This document shows, piece by piece, positions 49,939 through 62,116 of a stretch of DNA of 64,000 nucleotides. Where the stretch lies: assembly GCA_963717145.1 (NCBI GenBank), contig OY970325.1, forward strand, positions 1,952,001 to 2,016,000. The letters are read 5' to 3'. The translations under genes were made by a program, and so were the position numbers. The DNA comes from an uncultured Armatimonadetes bacterium (lineage in GTDB: Bacteria; Armatimonadota; UBA5829; DTJY01). The stretch's first letter is position 1. Each line of letters starts with the position of its first letter. Below the pieces are notes generated by a model, which saw only the letters and a list, made by a program, of their open reading frames with translations, had not been told where the DNA came from and made no database searches.

Positions 49939-51141
49939 CTAGCGGGCGATCCGGAACCCGACGCTGAAGCCGTTCCAGCTGATGTACGGGCCGTCGCAGA
50001 TGCGGTAAGCGCACCGGTCGAGGTCGTCGTCGTTGTCGTTGCCGGCGCTGCTCCAACCACCGCCGCGCTGAACCCGATAGCTGCCACTTGTAGGCCCTTG
50101 TGGATTGTTCCAGCCGCCGCTCGGAGTCTGTGAGTAGTAATTGCTACCGTACCAGTCCTTGCACCATTCCCATACGTTCCCGGCCATGTCCTGGCATCCG
50201 TAGGGGCTTACTCCGCTGGGATAGCTGCCCACAGGCGCGGTCTGGTACCTGTATGGTCCTCCACCGCCTGCCGGATTTGTATCATACCAGTTGTTGCACT
50301 TCTCGGGGTCCCACACGCCGCCCCAGGGATAGACGTTGGGATGAGTGCCGGTCCACCTCGCGGCCTTCTCCCACTGAGCCTCCGTAGCGAGATGTCCCCC
50401 AGCCCAGTTGCAGAACGCTTCGGCTTCGTAGTAGCTTACCGCGACAACAGGATGGTTGTCGGTCTGGGTGAAAGGCCGTCCGCCGTACCAGTCCTGACTG
50501 GCGGCCCAGCAGTCGGACGGCTCGGTGCGGCTGTTGGATACCTTCCAACTCCAACCCTCGCTCGACCAGTATGCCTGATGCGAGTACCCGCCTGCGTTCA
50601 TGAACTGCCGGTACTCACCCCTCGTCACCTCGTACTTCCCAATCCAGTAGCCGGAAAGATACACCGAGTGCTGGGGAAGCTCATTGGAACTGGACCAGTA
50701 CCAGTAGTATACTCCGTCATTCCCCACGCCGGAGTTTCCCATCAGGAAGCTCCCGGCGGGGACGTAGACCATCTGCCCGGGGTACACGCCGCCGGACGAG
50801 TCGTCCGCCCTCACCCGCGCCTTGCATGAGCTCCAGACTGCTGTCGGGTAGTCGGCCTTCGCGTCCCACACGATCGTCCGCCTGCCGCCCGGACGCACCG
50901 AGCCGGTATCGCCGGTGACGTGCGTCGGCGTGACCGAGTACGTGCTCCCGCCGTCGGTCGAGATCGCGACGGAGACGTACACCGTCGGGCTGTCCGGATC
51001 GGTGAGCGTGTAGGTGATCTCGACCTTGCGGGACGAGTCCTGCCACTGCCGCGCCTGGACGTTCGTCACCGTCGGCCCCACCGCCCACGCGGGCACGGCG
51101 ATGGCTAGGATCATGCCGACAATCGCGATGCGGTTTGCCAT
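49939..51141 (-). CDS. Secreted FGE-sulfatase/SUMF1 (CLec-fold) domain protein, paralog 1
   Basis: Start MANRIAIVG; FLMG, ELPQHSVYL, IGKYEVT, TEAQWEKAAR, DMAGNVWEW, RGG.W...GFR. Confidence 0.92.
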   Translation of the reverse strand: MANRIAIVGMILAIAVPAWAVGPTVTNVQARQWQDSSRKVEITYTLTDPDSPTVYVSVAISTDGGSTYSVTPTHVTGDTGSVRPGGRRTIVWDAKADYPTAVWSSCKARVRADDSSGGVYPGQMVYVPAGSFLMGNSGVGNDGVYYWYWSSSNELPQHSVYLSGYWIGKYEVTRGEYRQFMNAGGYSHQAYWSSEGWSWKVSNSRTEPSDCWAASQDWYGGRPFTQTDNHPVVAVSYYEAEAFCNWAGGHLATEAQWEKAARWTGTHPNVYPWGGVWDPEKCNNWYDTNPAGGGGPYRYQTAPVGSYPSGVSPYGCQDMAGNVWEWCKDWYGSNYYSQTPSGGWNNPQGPTSGSYRVQRGGGWSSAGNDNDDDLDRCAYRICDGPYISWNGFSVGFRIAR

Positions 51142-51175
51142 ACCGTACCTCCAATATGCACCCAGCCCAGCCAAC

Positions 51176-52312
51176 TTAGCGCGCAAGCCGGAACCCGAAG
51201 TTGTACCAACCGTTGTACGGCTCACAGCCGTAGAAGCGGTAGGCACAGCGGCAGCTGAAGTCCTCGCTGTACCAGCTACTGCCGCGCAGTCCCCGATAGA
51301 TGCCGGTGTTGTCGAACGGACTGGTGCTTCCAGGATACGATTTGTACCAGTCCTGCACCCACTCCCAGGCATTGCCCGCCATGTCCCGGCAGCCGTAAGG
51401 GCTCGCATCCGACAAGTAGCTGCCTACGGGCGCGGTCTGATGCTTCACAAACCCTCCGCCCGCCGGGCTATGGTCAAAGATGTTATTGCACTTCTCCGCA
51501 TCCCACGTGTCTCCCCATGGGTACACATTCGGGTGACTGCCGGCCCATCTGGCCGCCTTCTCCCACTCTGCCTCTGTGGCGAGACGCCCGCCCGCCCAGT
51601 TGCAGAACGCCTCCGCTTCGTAATAGCAGACGCCGACCACAGGGTGGTTGTCCGTCTGGTGGAATATGCCGGTTCCCCAATCCTGGTCGTCCACCCAGAA
51701 ATATGGCTCGGTCCGGCCATTGTTCATTCTCCAGTTCCAGCCGTCGGTTGACCAGTAAGCCTGGTGGGAGTAACCGCCTGCGTTCATGAACCGCCTATAC
51801 TCGCCGCGAGTCACCTCATATTTGCCTATCCAGTAGCCGGAGAGGTAGACGGAGTGCTGGGGCAGTTCGTTCGAGTAGTAGTATGCGGCATCGTTCCCTG
51901 TATCTGAATTCCCCATCAGGAAGCTCCCCGCCGGGATGTACACCATCGTGGACGCTTCATCCGCGGTCACCCGCGCCCTGCACGAACTCCACACTGCGGT
52001 CGGGTGCTCCGCCTTGGTGTCCCAGAGGATCGTCCGCCTGCCGCCCGGGCGCACCCAGCCAATGCCTCCCGTTACGCTCGTCGTCACGACGCTACCTGGA
52101 ACAATGCTGTAGGTGCCCCCACCGTTGGTCGAGATCGCGACTGAAATATGGACCGTCTCGCTGTCCGGATCGGTGAGCGTGTAGCTGATCTCGACCTTAC
52201 GTGACGAGTCCTGCCACTGCCGGGCTTGGACGTTCGTCACTGTCGGCCCCACCGCCAGTGCAGGCACGGCGGTCGCAAGTATGATGCCGAAAATTGCGAT
52301 TCGGTTTGCCAT
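51176..52312 (-). CDS. Secreted FGE-sulfatase/SUMF1 domain protein, paralog 2
   Basis: Start MANRIAIFG; same motifs as paralog 1. Confidence 0.92.
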   Translation of the reverse strand: MANRIAIFGIILATAVPALAVGPTVTNVQARQWQDSSRKVEISYTLTDPDSETVHISVAISTNGGGTYSIVPGSVVTTSVTGGIGWVRPGGRRTILWDTKAEHPTAVWSSCRARVTADEASTMVYIPAGSFLMGNSDTGNDAAYYYSNELPQHSVYLSGYWIGKYEVTRGEYRRFMNAGGYSHQAYWSTDGWNWRMNNGRTEPYFWVDDQDWGTGIFHQTDNHPVVGVCYYEAEAFCNWAGGRLATEAEWEKAARWAGSHPNVYPWGDTWDAEKCNNIFDHSPAGGGFVKHQTAPVGSYLSDASPYGCRDMAGNAWEWVQDWYKSYPGSTSPFDNTGIYRGLRGSSWYSEDFSCRCAYRFYGCEPYNGWYNFGFRLAR

Positions 52313-52382
52313 AATGTATCTCCAAAGTGCACCCGAGGTCATCAGCGCTCGTTCGCCCGCTTCCCGATCTAGCAGAGCCAGA

Positions 52383-53576
52383 CTAGCGGACCAGACGGAA
52401 CCCACCTGAATAGTACCAGCTGCTGCTCGGGCTGCCGTAGCTGCGGTCGGCGCAGCGGTAGTAACCATAGTAGTAGTCGTAGTTGCCCCAGCCATCGCCG
52501 CGCAGAACTCGATGCTCACCTGTGGTCGGCCCCGGTGGGTTCACCCAGCCCCCAGAGGGTGTAAACGAGTAGTAGTTGCTCCCATACCAGTCCCCACACC
52601 ACTCCCCAACGTTACCGGCCATGTCGTGTAGGTCGTATGGGCTTGCTCCAGTCGGATAGCTTCCCACGGGAGCTGTCTGATACGCCAGATATCCACCACC
52701 CGCCGGGTTGTGGTCACGCCAGTTGTTGCACATCTCGTAGTCCCACACATCGCCCCACGGATAGACACTCGGGTGGCTTCCCGTCCACCGCGCCGCCTTC
52801 TCCCACTGAGCCTCTGTGGGCAGATGGCCTCCCGCCCAGTTGCAGAACGCTTCCGCTTCGTAATAGCAGACGCCGACCACAGGGTGGTTGTCCGTCTGGG
52901 TGAACGTGCCGGGAGGGAAACCCCAGTACTGCGCAGCAGCCCATGAACCGGGCTCCGTGCGGCTGTTCGATACTTTCCAACTCCATCCCGCGCTCGACCA
53001 GTATGAGGGATTCGAATACCCGCCGGCGTTCACGAACTGACGGTACTCGCCGCGTGTGACCTCGTACTTCCCGATCCAGTAACTGGAGAGGTAAACCGAG
53101 TGCTGGGGAAGCTCGTTCGAATTGCTGCCGGGCTCATGGCCGTTGTTCCCCATCAGGAAGCTACCGGCGGGGACGTAGACCATCTGCCCGGGGTAGACGC
53201 CGCCGGACGAGTCGTCGGCCCTGACCCGCGCCCTGCACGAACCCCACACGGCGGTAGGGTACTCGGCCTTCGCGTCCCACACAACCGTCCGCCTGCCGCC
53301 CGGGCGCACCCAGCCGATGTCGCCCGTTACGCTCGTCGGAACGATCGAGTACGTGCTCCCGCCGTCGGTCGAGATCGCGATGGAGACATACACTCTATCG
53401 CTGTCCGGATCGGTGAGCGTGTAGCTGATCTCGACCTTGCGGGACGAGTCCTGCCATTGCCGGGCCTGGACGTTCGTCACCGTCGGCCCGACCGCCCACG
53501 AGGGCACGGCGAGCGCAACGACCAGGATGGCAAGCATGATCGGTTTTCGAGCCACGAGTTGCGCTCCGTTCGGCAT
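52383..53576 (-). CDS. Secreted FGE-sulfatase/SUMF1 domain protein, paralog 3
   Basis: Same motifs; start at 53576 or 53537. Confidence 0.9.
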   Translation of the reverse strand: MPNGAQLVARKPIMLAILVVALAVPSWAVGPTVTNVQARQWQDSSRKVEISYTLTDPDSDRVYVSIAISTDGGSTYSIVPTSVTGDIGWVRPGGRRTVVWDAKAEYPTAVWGSCRARVRADDSSGGVYPGQMVYVPAGSFLMGNNGHEPGSNSNELPQHSVYLSSYWIGKYEVTRGEYRQFVNAGGYSNPSYWSSAGWSWKVSNSRTEPGSWAAAQYWGFPPGTFTQTDNHPVVGVCYYEAEAFCNWAGGHLPTEAQWEKAARWTGSHPSVYPWGDVWDYEMCNNWRDHNPAGGGYLAYQTAPVGSYPTGASPYDLHDMAGNVGEWCGDWYGSNYYSFTPSGGWVNPPGPTTGEHRVLRGDGWGNYDYYYGYYRCADRSYGSPSSSWYYSGGFRLVR

Positions 53577-53786
53577 ACTGTGACGCGATCGTCGAGAGTG
53601 CCGGGGAATGCCGCATAGGTACTCTAAGAATCGGTGGTGCTGAAACACGATATCGTCGGCAGGCTGGTCGAGGTGCGAAGGAGTATGCCCGCCGCTGTTC
53701 ATCAGTGGTGCTGATACTACAGTCTACTGCATGAAGCTCTTTTCGTCAACAAAATGGGGAAATACTGGTACAATTGCCGGGTACAG

Positions 53787-55058
53787 TCAATCTGTCACAG
53801 GGAAGTCCCAGTAGACGGCGCTGGGTGACTTTCGACTCGCGAGCACAACCTTGCTGAGGGATGTCGCGCGGGGCTTCGTAACGCCACCACTGCGGACGGG
53901 TGCTGCGGCCGCCACCTTCTTCGGACGGACGTCCATGTCCACGCCTCCGCAGCTCATCAGCGTCACGTAGCTGGTGAGGGTTCCGCTCCGTGTCTCCCGC
54001 TCGTCGGTCAACTCGATGACCCGAGTCCGCCCAGGCAACGTGCGGCTGACCGCTACATTCTTCACCTTGTAACCGGAGAGCAGATACGCAAGCTTGTTCC
54101 CGGATCTCGACGTGGCTTTGGTGTCCCGCATCAGGCTCGCGATGGCGGAGAGCCTGAAAAGCGACTCCAGTTCCCGATATATCGGCTTGGATTCCGCTAT
54201 GGCCTGATAGTGGGTGGTGAACGCGTTGGCGAAGCGACCTCCATAGGCAGATGGTTTCCCGAGACCTTTGACTTCTCCTCGGGTGGTAAGGAACTCCTCC
54301 TCGGTGAGCAGCTTGACCCGGCATTCCCTGAGTGTCACGAGGCCGTCACCTTCCTCGTAGGTGGTCTCGCCAGGGCAGAACCAGAACCTGTTCATGGAAC
54401 TCTGGGGCTCCGACGATTCGATGCCGGAACGGAACTCGGCCCTGGTTTCCTCCGCGCGCATCGACATAATGCTGGTGAAGCCGGGGATCTCCAGGTCAAC
54501 CGAGCCATTGGAGAGGCTCTTCATGTAGTAGTCGGCGTCGACCATCACCTTGGCGAAATGGGTGTCGAACGGCACTCCCAATACGCGCACCTGCTGAGGT
54601 TGCCGTCCGATGGCCTCCCATTTGATGGACACCGCCTGCCGGTCTTTGTCGCCACTTCCACTTGCGCCCTTCACCTGCCGCAGTTGCTGGATGGTCCTCG
54701 GGTCGGGATCGATCGAGCAGCCTGGCGATGTATAGTACCGCACATTCCCCTCGCGACGCGCATACAGCCTGTTCGCGGCTCTGAGGGCGACCACGAAATC
54801 GTCCACCTGCAGCGACGGATACGATGGATCGACCTTGCCCAGCAGTATGACGTCCTTCGACTTGGGATCGACGATGAAGCCGGACGGGCGGGTGACTCCG
54901 CAGAGTGTCAGCGCCTGCTTCAAGGTGCCGTCCTTCAGCACTTTCTCCAGCATCTTGAGGGAGACCGCCCTACCCTGCGCCGCGTGGACCGGGAAGGAGA
55001 TCATGAGCAGGGTGATCGCGACTGCGGCTGATGCCAGTGGTCTTGCCAGTCTCGTCAT
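53787..55058 (-). CDS. Secreted DUF1598-like protein
   Basis: Signal peptide; PGCSIDP, GVPFDTHFAKVMVDADYYMK, RFWF, GGVD. Confidence 0.7.
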   Translation of the reverse strand: MTRLARPLASAAVAITLLMISFPVHAAQGRAVSLKMLEKVLKDGTLKQALTLCGVTRPSGFIVDPKSKDVILLGKVDPSYPSLQVDDFVVALRAANRLYARREGNVRYYTSPGCSIDPDPRTIQQLRQVKGASGSGDKDRQAVSIKWEAIGRQPQQVRVLGVPFDTHFAKVMVDADYYMKSLSNGSVDLEIPGFTSIMSMRAEETRAEFRSGIESSEPQSSMNRFWFCPGETTYEEGDGLVTLRECRVKLLTEEEFLTTRGEVKGLGKPSAYGGRFANAFTTHYQAIAESKPIYRELESLFRLSAIASLMRDTKATSRSGNKLAYLLSGYKVKNVAVSRTLPGRTRVIELTDERETRSGTLTSYVTLMSCGGVDMDVRPKKVAAAAPVRSGGVTKPRATSLSKVVLASRKSPSAVYWDFPVTD

Positions 55059-56263
55059 TGTTGCTCCTTCATCCCAGTCTCAATGATCTCACGTATCTTC
55101 GGCAGGTCATGCGCTACGAACTGCGTCCACTGCTCGCTGACCTTCATCTCCAGTTCGTCATCGTCGTACTTCTCCTGCCAGCCCGTGCCGAGCACGACCT
55201 TGTTCCAGATTCGGCAATAGAGAGGGTATATCTTCTTCACCCCAGGCCGGAATGGCGGCTTGTTGGCCTGGGCAATGTCGAACAGACGCTGACGTAGATC
55301 GGTCGGACCCGGCAGAATCTCCAGCACGAGCCTGAGACTCGGTGACTTGACATCGACCCAGAAAAGAAGGATGCGGCCCGCTACGGACCAATTGTGCTCA
55401 ACCTGGGGATCATTCCTACCGACCACCGTATCCCATTCCTCCGGCGCGAAGGAAACCCAGTTGGAGGTGCGCTTGTCCAATACCAGCCCGCCGAAGTCCT
55501 CCACCAGACGTTCGATCGTATTGAGCACCACGTCCGCGTAACTCGGGCGATGCTCGAATATCAGATCGAGCGCGCGCTGATGCTTCCGGTATATCTTTCG
55601 ACAGAGTTCGGCGATCTCGGATTCGCTCACGATATGCCTCCTAAGCATCTGGGCGTAGTGGGTCATCACGGTCTTGATGTCCAAACCGAGGGTCGATTCC
55701 CGGCGCTTGACCAGCGACTCGACGAGGTCCGCGACGGTGCAGTAGCTTACCGTTAGGAATCGCTTGTCGGACGGGCTATCCCCTTCGGGTGTAAGGAAGA
55801 TGCCGACGATGCTGTATTCCTGGTAACTCTCTCTGACCGTCTTGTAGTAGCGGTCTAGCTGTTCGTGTTGCTCCAACGCGTCCACCTTGTTCTCAATGAT
55901 GACCGCGAGCTTCTTCTCCTCGTTCAGCAGGAGAATGTCGATATTCCGCCATTCGCGCTGAACGGTTGTCTCCTCCAGACTCCACACATCGAGGTCGATG
56001 AGGTTGATCGGCAGATCGGCACCCCGCGCCTGCTGCAGGATCTTCTGCAGCAGGTTCTTCAGGAACACGTCACCCAGACCGTGCGGCTGCTGGGGGTTGA
56101 GCAGGAACGCGAGGAAGTCGGAGTGCCGCAATTCCTGCCGCACAACGCCGACCGCCTCGAAGATGTTGAACTGATCGAGCAGTCCCTCAAGCCGTTCGAG
56201 GTCCGGGTTATCGATCACGAGCCCTTCGAGAAGCTCCAGTTGTCCGTTCGATTCTTCGATCAT
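55055..56263 (-). CDS. PD-(D/E)XK nuclease superfamily protein (PDDEXK_4-like)
   Basis: FNIFE, ELRHSDFLAFLLNP, REWRNIDILL, IIENKV, QL.RYY, FLTP. Confidence 0.88.
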   Translation of the reverse strand: MIEESNGQLELLEGLVIDNPDLERLEGLLDQFNIFEAVGVVRQELRHSDFLAFLLNPQQPHGLGDVFLKNLLQKILQQARGADLPINLIDLDVWSLEETTVQREWRNIDILLLNEEKKLAVIIENKVDALEQHEQLDRYYKTVRESYQEYSIVGIFLTPEGDSPSDKRFLTVSYCTVADLVESLVKRRESTLGLDIKTVMTHYAQMLRRHIVSESEIAELCRKIYRKHQRALDLIFEHRPSYADVVLNTIERLVEDFGGLVLDKRTSNWVSFAPEEWDTVVGRNDPQVEHNWSVAGRILLFWVDVKSPSLRLVLEILPGPTDLRQRLFDIAQANKPPFRPGVKKIYPLYCRIWNKVVLGTGWQEKYDDDELEMKVSEQWTQFVAHDLPKIREIIETGMKEQQ

Positions 56264-56317
56264 TGGTCTATCCGATCTTGGCTGTCTAGTCGCACGTAAA
56301 GAATCGTACAGCGCCCG

Positions 56318-57262
56318 CTACTCCCGAAGCCTTATCATGGTCTTCGTGCCTGTCGCCTTGTTGGCGGGTATCATCTCGAACAGGTCAGGGTAATGAGATG
56401 CCCTCGCCCCGACCTGGCTTCTGTTCAGCGGACCGCCATCCTTCTGGACGTACAACCCGCGATCTTTGATCACCATGTAGAGATACGCCTGTTCCGCCGT
56501 ATGGCCCTCGCACTCCTTCAGCACGTGAACCATCGCGTCGTGGAGAGTTAGCTGGGAACTGGCCGTGGCACGGCGCTCTTTCGCCGGAAGGACGCTCGGG
56601 ATCTGCCGCAGGTGGGCCAGTTCCGGCACCATCTCGGTCAGGTCGATGATCTCCACAAGATGCTGGGCGTCGCTGTAGTAGTCCGAGACCACCTTGTAGC
56701 GGTCGCCGTACTTGTCGTAGAATGCCCGTCTTGTCGCCTCGCCCTTGCTCAAAATACTGTCGAGTGCCCGACTGCTGTTCAGGAACTTGAGCGGATGCTT
56801 CCTGCCCAGCACGTACAGGCAGCGCCGCTTGTAACATTCATTCTCAGCCAGATTGAAGAAATCCTTGAAGAGCTGGTTCTGGCGAATAGCTTCAGGGCCG
56901 CCTTGCCATTGGATGAACTTGAACTCGGCCACGCGCCTGTCGGTTTCCAAGTCGAACTGCCGGCCTGTGTTCCCTGCGCCCAGGGAGACATACTCAACGA
57001 CTTCGCCCTGCTCCAGTATGTGCGGAAGGGAGACAAGCGCCGCCACCGCATGAATGACCACGTTGATCTGCCCCGCAACTGCTTTGAACAGGAACGCAGA
57101 ATCCAGGACGTCCCTGCATATTCCCTCATCGCAGAGTAGGGGCGTCACATCTCCCGTGCACTTGCCCGCCACGCAGGATTCCAGCTGGGATATCTTCTTC
57201 GTGAGTGCAATCCCGCCATAGAAATCCGTCAGCGACTTGGCGGCATCTTCCAGATTCTGCAT
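56318..57262 (-). CDS. Hypothetical protein, putative restriction-fold nuclease with C-terminal HTH-like domain
   Basis: FDLETDRRVAEFK (D...ExK); C-terminal LTLHDAMVHVLKE. Confidence 0.5.
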   Translation of the reverse strand: MQNLEDAAKSLTDFYGGIALTKKISQLESCVAGKCTGDVTPLLCDEGICRDVLDSAFLFKAVAGQINVVIHAVAALVSLPHILEQGEVVEYVSLGAGNTGRQFDLETDRRVAEFKFIQWQGGPEAIRQNQLFKDFFNLAENECYKRRCLYVLGRKHPLKFLNSSRALDSILSKGEATRRAFYDKYGDRYKVVSDYYSDAQHLVEIIDLTEMVPELAHLRQIPSVLPAKERRATASSQLTLHDAMVHVLKECEGHTAEQAYLYMVIKDRGLYVQKDGGPLNRSQVGARASHYPDLFEMIPANKATGTKTMIRLRE

Positions 57263-58392
57263 CAGTCTTCTCCTGCTCGGCGCTCGGCTTGGCGATCTCT
57301 CAGCCAGCCATCGTACCAGGATCGTTCGTCCGCATGGCGCTTCATCGCGTGCTTGCGTTTCTGAGTGAAATGGCGATCGCGCAAATCGTAGAACTCTTGC
57401 AGATTGGCGGGGGAATCATCCCTCACCCGGTACCCGTTGAGGAACTCATTGCATGCCCGGCAGCAGGTCACGAGGTTGGTGATGTCACCAATCCAGTCTG
57501 AATGCTCGCGAGACCAAGACACGCTCACCGGAACGACGTGGTCAACGGAGGCGCTCAGCCAGGACTCGTAGGATGCGCCTATTTCTAGGCCGCAGTATGC
57601 GCACTCTGTTCCGCACTGCCGGAACACGGGTATTCCATAGCCATGCCGGCATGTGCTGTCCCCAAGCTTCGGCGGACCGAGGAGATCACGTCCGTTACCC
57701 TCGTAGCGGCCGAACGGCATATCCGAGTTGCGGGGGCTCTCTCCCCATCCTTTGAGTAGATCCTCCCACGTGTGAACGATAAGGTGTTCCATCGCCCTAA
57801 CAACCGGTGCAGCAACCGCGCTCGGATCAGCCAGGACTTCTCCCGCGCTGCGCCTCAGGCGATACCGATGACATGTCCACCCCGCCCGATAGAAGCGGCT
57901 CTCCTTGAAGGTATGAGGTTCGTCTGGAAGCTTCTCGCCCGGAACATCTATCGGCGGAAGCTCATCGATCCTGTCCGAGAGCGCCTTGTTAGCCGCCGGC
58001 TCCTTGAAGTGGAAGTGGAGTGCCGCATCCAGTTCGTCCGGAATCGTTCCTCGGCCATGCTTCAGGACCCATTCGTAGTGTATGGCCGGTTCGCCGGGAT
58101 GACCCTCCTGTTGGGTAATGGCGTCCGGTCTGAAGTGAAGAACAGGCGGACCGGCGGCGGTGCCATCCGCATTCTTGTACGGGGAGTATGCGATGAGAAT
58201 GCCGGGAACTTCGAACTCCCCCCGTTCTGAGCGAATGTGCTTCACGAATGGGTACGCCTCCTCAGGCTGGATAACCTCGCCAAAGCCAAACTCCCGGGCG
58301 ATCCGTCGCCACAGCGCATAGTACTCCTCGTACGGCATGAATGGACCTCTCCTTTCAACAGCTGTGTCGGTTTCTTCCGCCCGCCTACCCAA
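57262..58392 (-). CDS. Protein with C-terminal HNH endonuclease domain
   Basis: CAYCG...SVDHVVP...NLVTCCRACN. Confidence 0.75.
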   Translation of the reverse strand: MGRRAEETDTAVERRGPFMPYEEYYALWRRIAREFGFGEVIQPEEAYPFVKHIRSERGEFEVPGILIAYSPYKNADGTAAGPPVLHFRPDAITQQEGHPGEPAIHYEWVLKHGRGTIPDELDAALHFHFKEPAANKALSDRIDELPPIDVPGEKLPDEPHTFKESRFYRAGWTCHRYRLRRSAGEVLADPSAVAAPVVRAMEHLIVHTWEDLLKGWGESPRNSDMPFGRYEGNGRDLLGPPKLGDSTCRHGYGIPVFRQCGTECAYCGLEIGASYESWLSASVDHVVPVSVSWSREHSDWIGDITNLVTCCRACNEFLNGYRVRDDSPANLQEFYDLRDRHFTQKRKHAMKRHADERSWYDGWLRDRQAERRAGED

Positions 58393-58924
58393 GCCTCAAG
58401 TTCGCGAATGGCAGTCTGTCATAACGCTTGATGAACTCCTGGAGGAGAGCCTGTTCGACCTCCAATGGATCCTCTCTGTCGAGAGGCTTCCAAGCTATCA
58501 GGAGATCGTCGCAGTCCGCCAGTTGCCAGACGAGTCTTCCTCCCCAGTGCCCATGTCTCCGTCCGCTGGCACACTTCATGTACTCCGATACGCGCTTGCG
58601 CAGTGGATCGTGAGTCTTGCCAATATACAGGACTGGAGCACCGTCAACCCACTCGCGTTCCAGTTCTGAGACATCGGCTGTCGGGTTCCTACCCTTGTGA
58701 GTGCCGCCTGCGCTCTCGTCCAGGAATCCAGGGTGTTCATCCGATTCTCGGAACACAAGATATACTCCAGGCCTGGCGGCAACGCACTCGCATCCGGTAG
58801 CCTTGAGTGAGGCTACACTTCTGAAACCAGTGAATCCATGCTGTTCCAAGTCAGGCTTTGAGAAATCCACCTTGCACTCCTTTCCTGCAGGATCGCGCCG
58901 AATGGCCGGCTTATCCAGCCTCAT
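58385..58924 (-). CDS. GIY-YIG-like nuclease
   Basis: PGVYLV...VLYIGKT...LRKRV...E.ALL...LPFAN. Confidence 0.75.
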   Translation of the reverse strand: MRLDKPAIRRDPAGKECKVDFSKPDLEQHGFTGFRSVASLKATGCECVAARPGVYLVFRESDEHPGFLDESAGGTHKGRNPTADVSELEREWVDGAPVLYIGKTHDPLRKRVSEYMKCASGRRHGHWGGRLVWQLADCDDLLIAWKPLDREDPLEVEQALLQEFIKRYDRLPFANLRLG

Positions 58925-58975
58925 TCGTGTTTGTAGATGAACATATCGGCCTCCGGGCAGAGGGGGTCATGCGGA

Positions 58976-62112
<3,137 letters not shown>

Positions 62113-62116
<4 letters not shown>

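Noticed and set aside
49939-53576. FGE paralogs as true sulfatase-activating enzymes
   Set aside because: Secreted, variable at the would-be active-site end, and lacking the RGGS..C....C pattern
45863-53786. Complete DGR cassette
   Set aside because: No reverse transcriptase, avd or AAC-rich template repeat seen in the intergenic gaps
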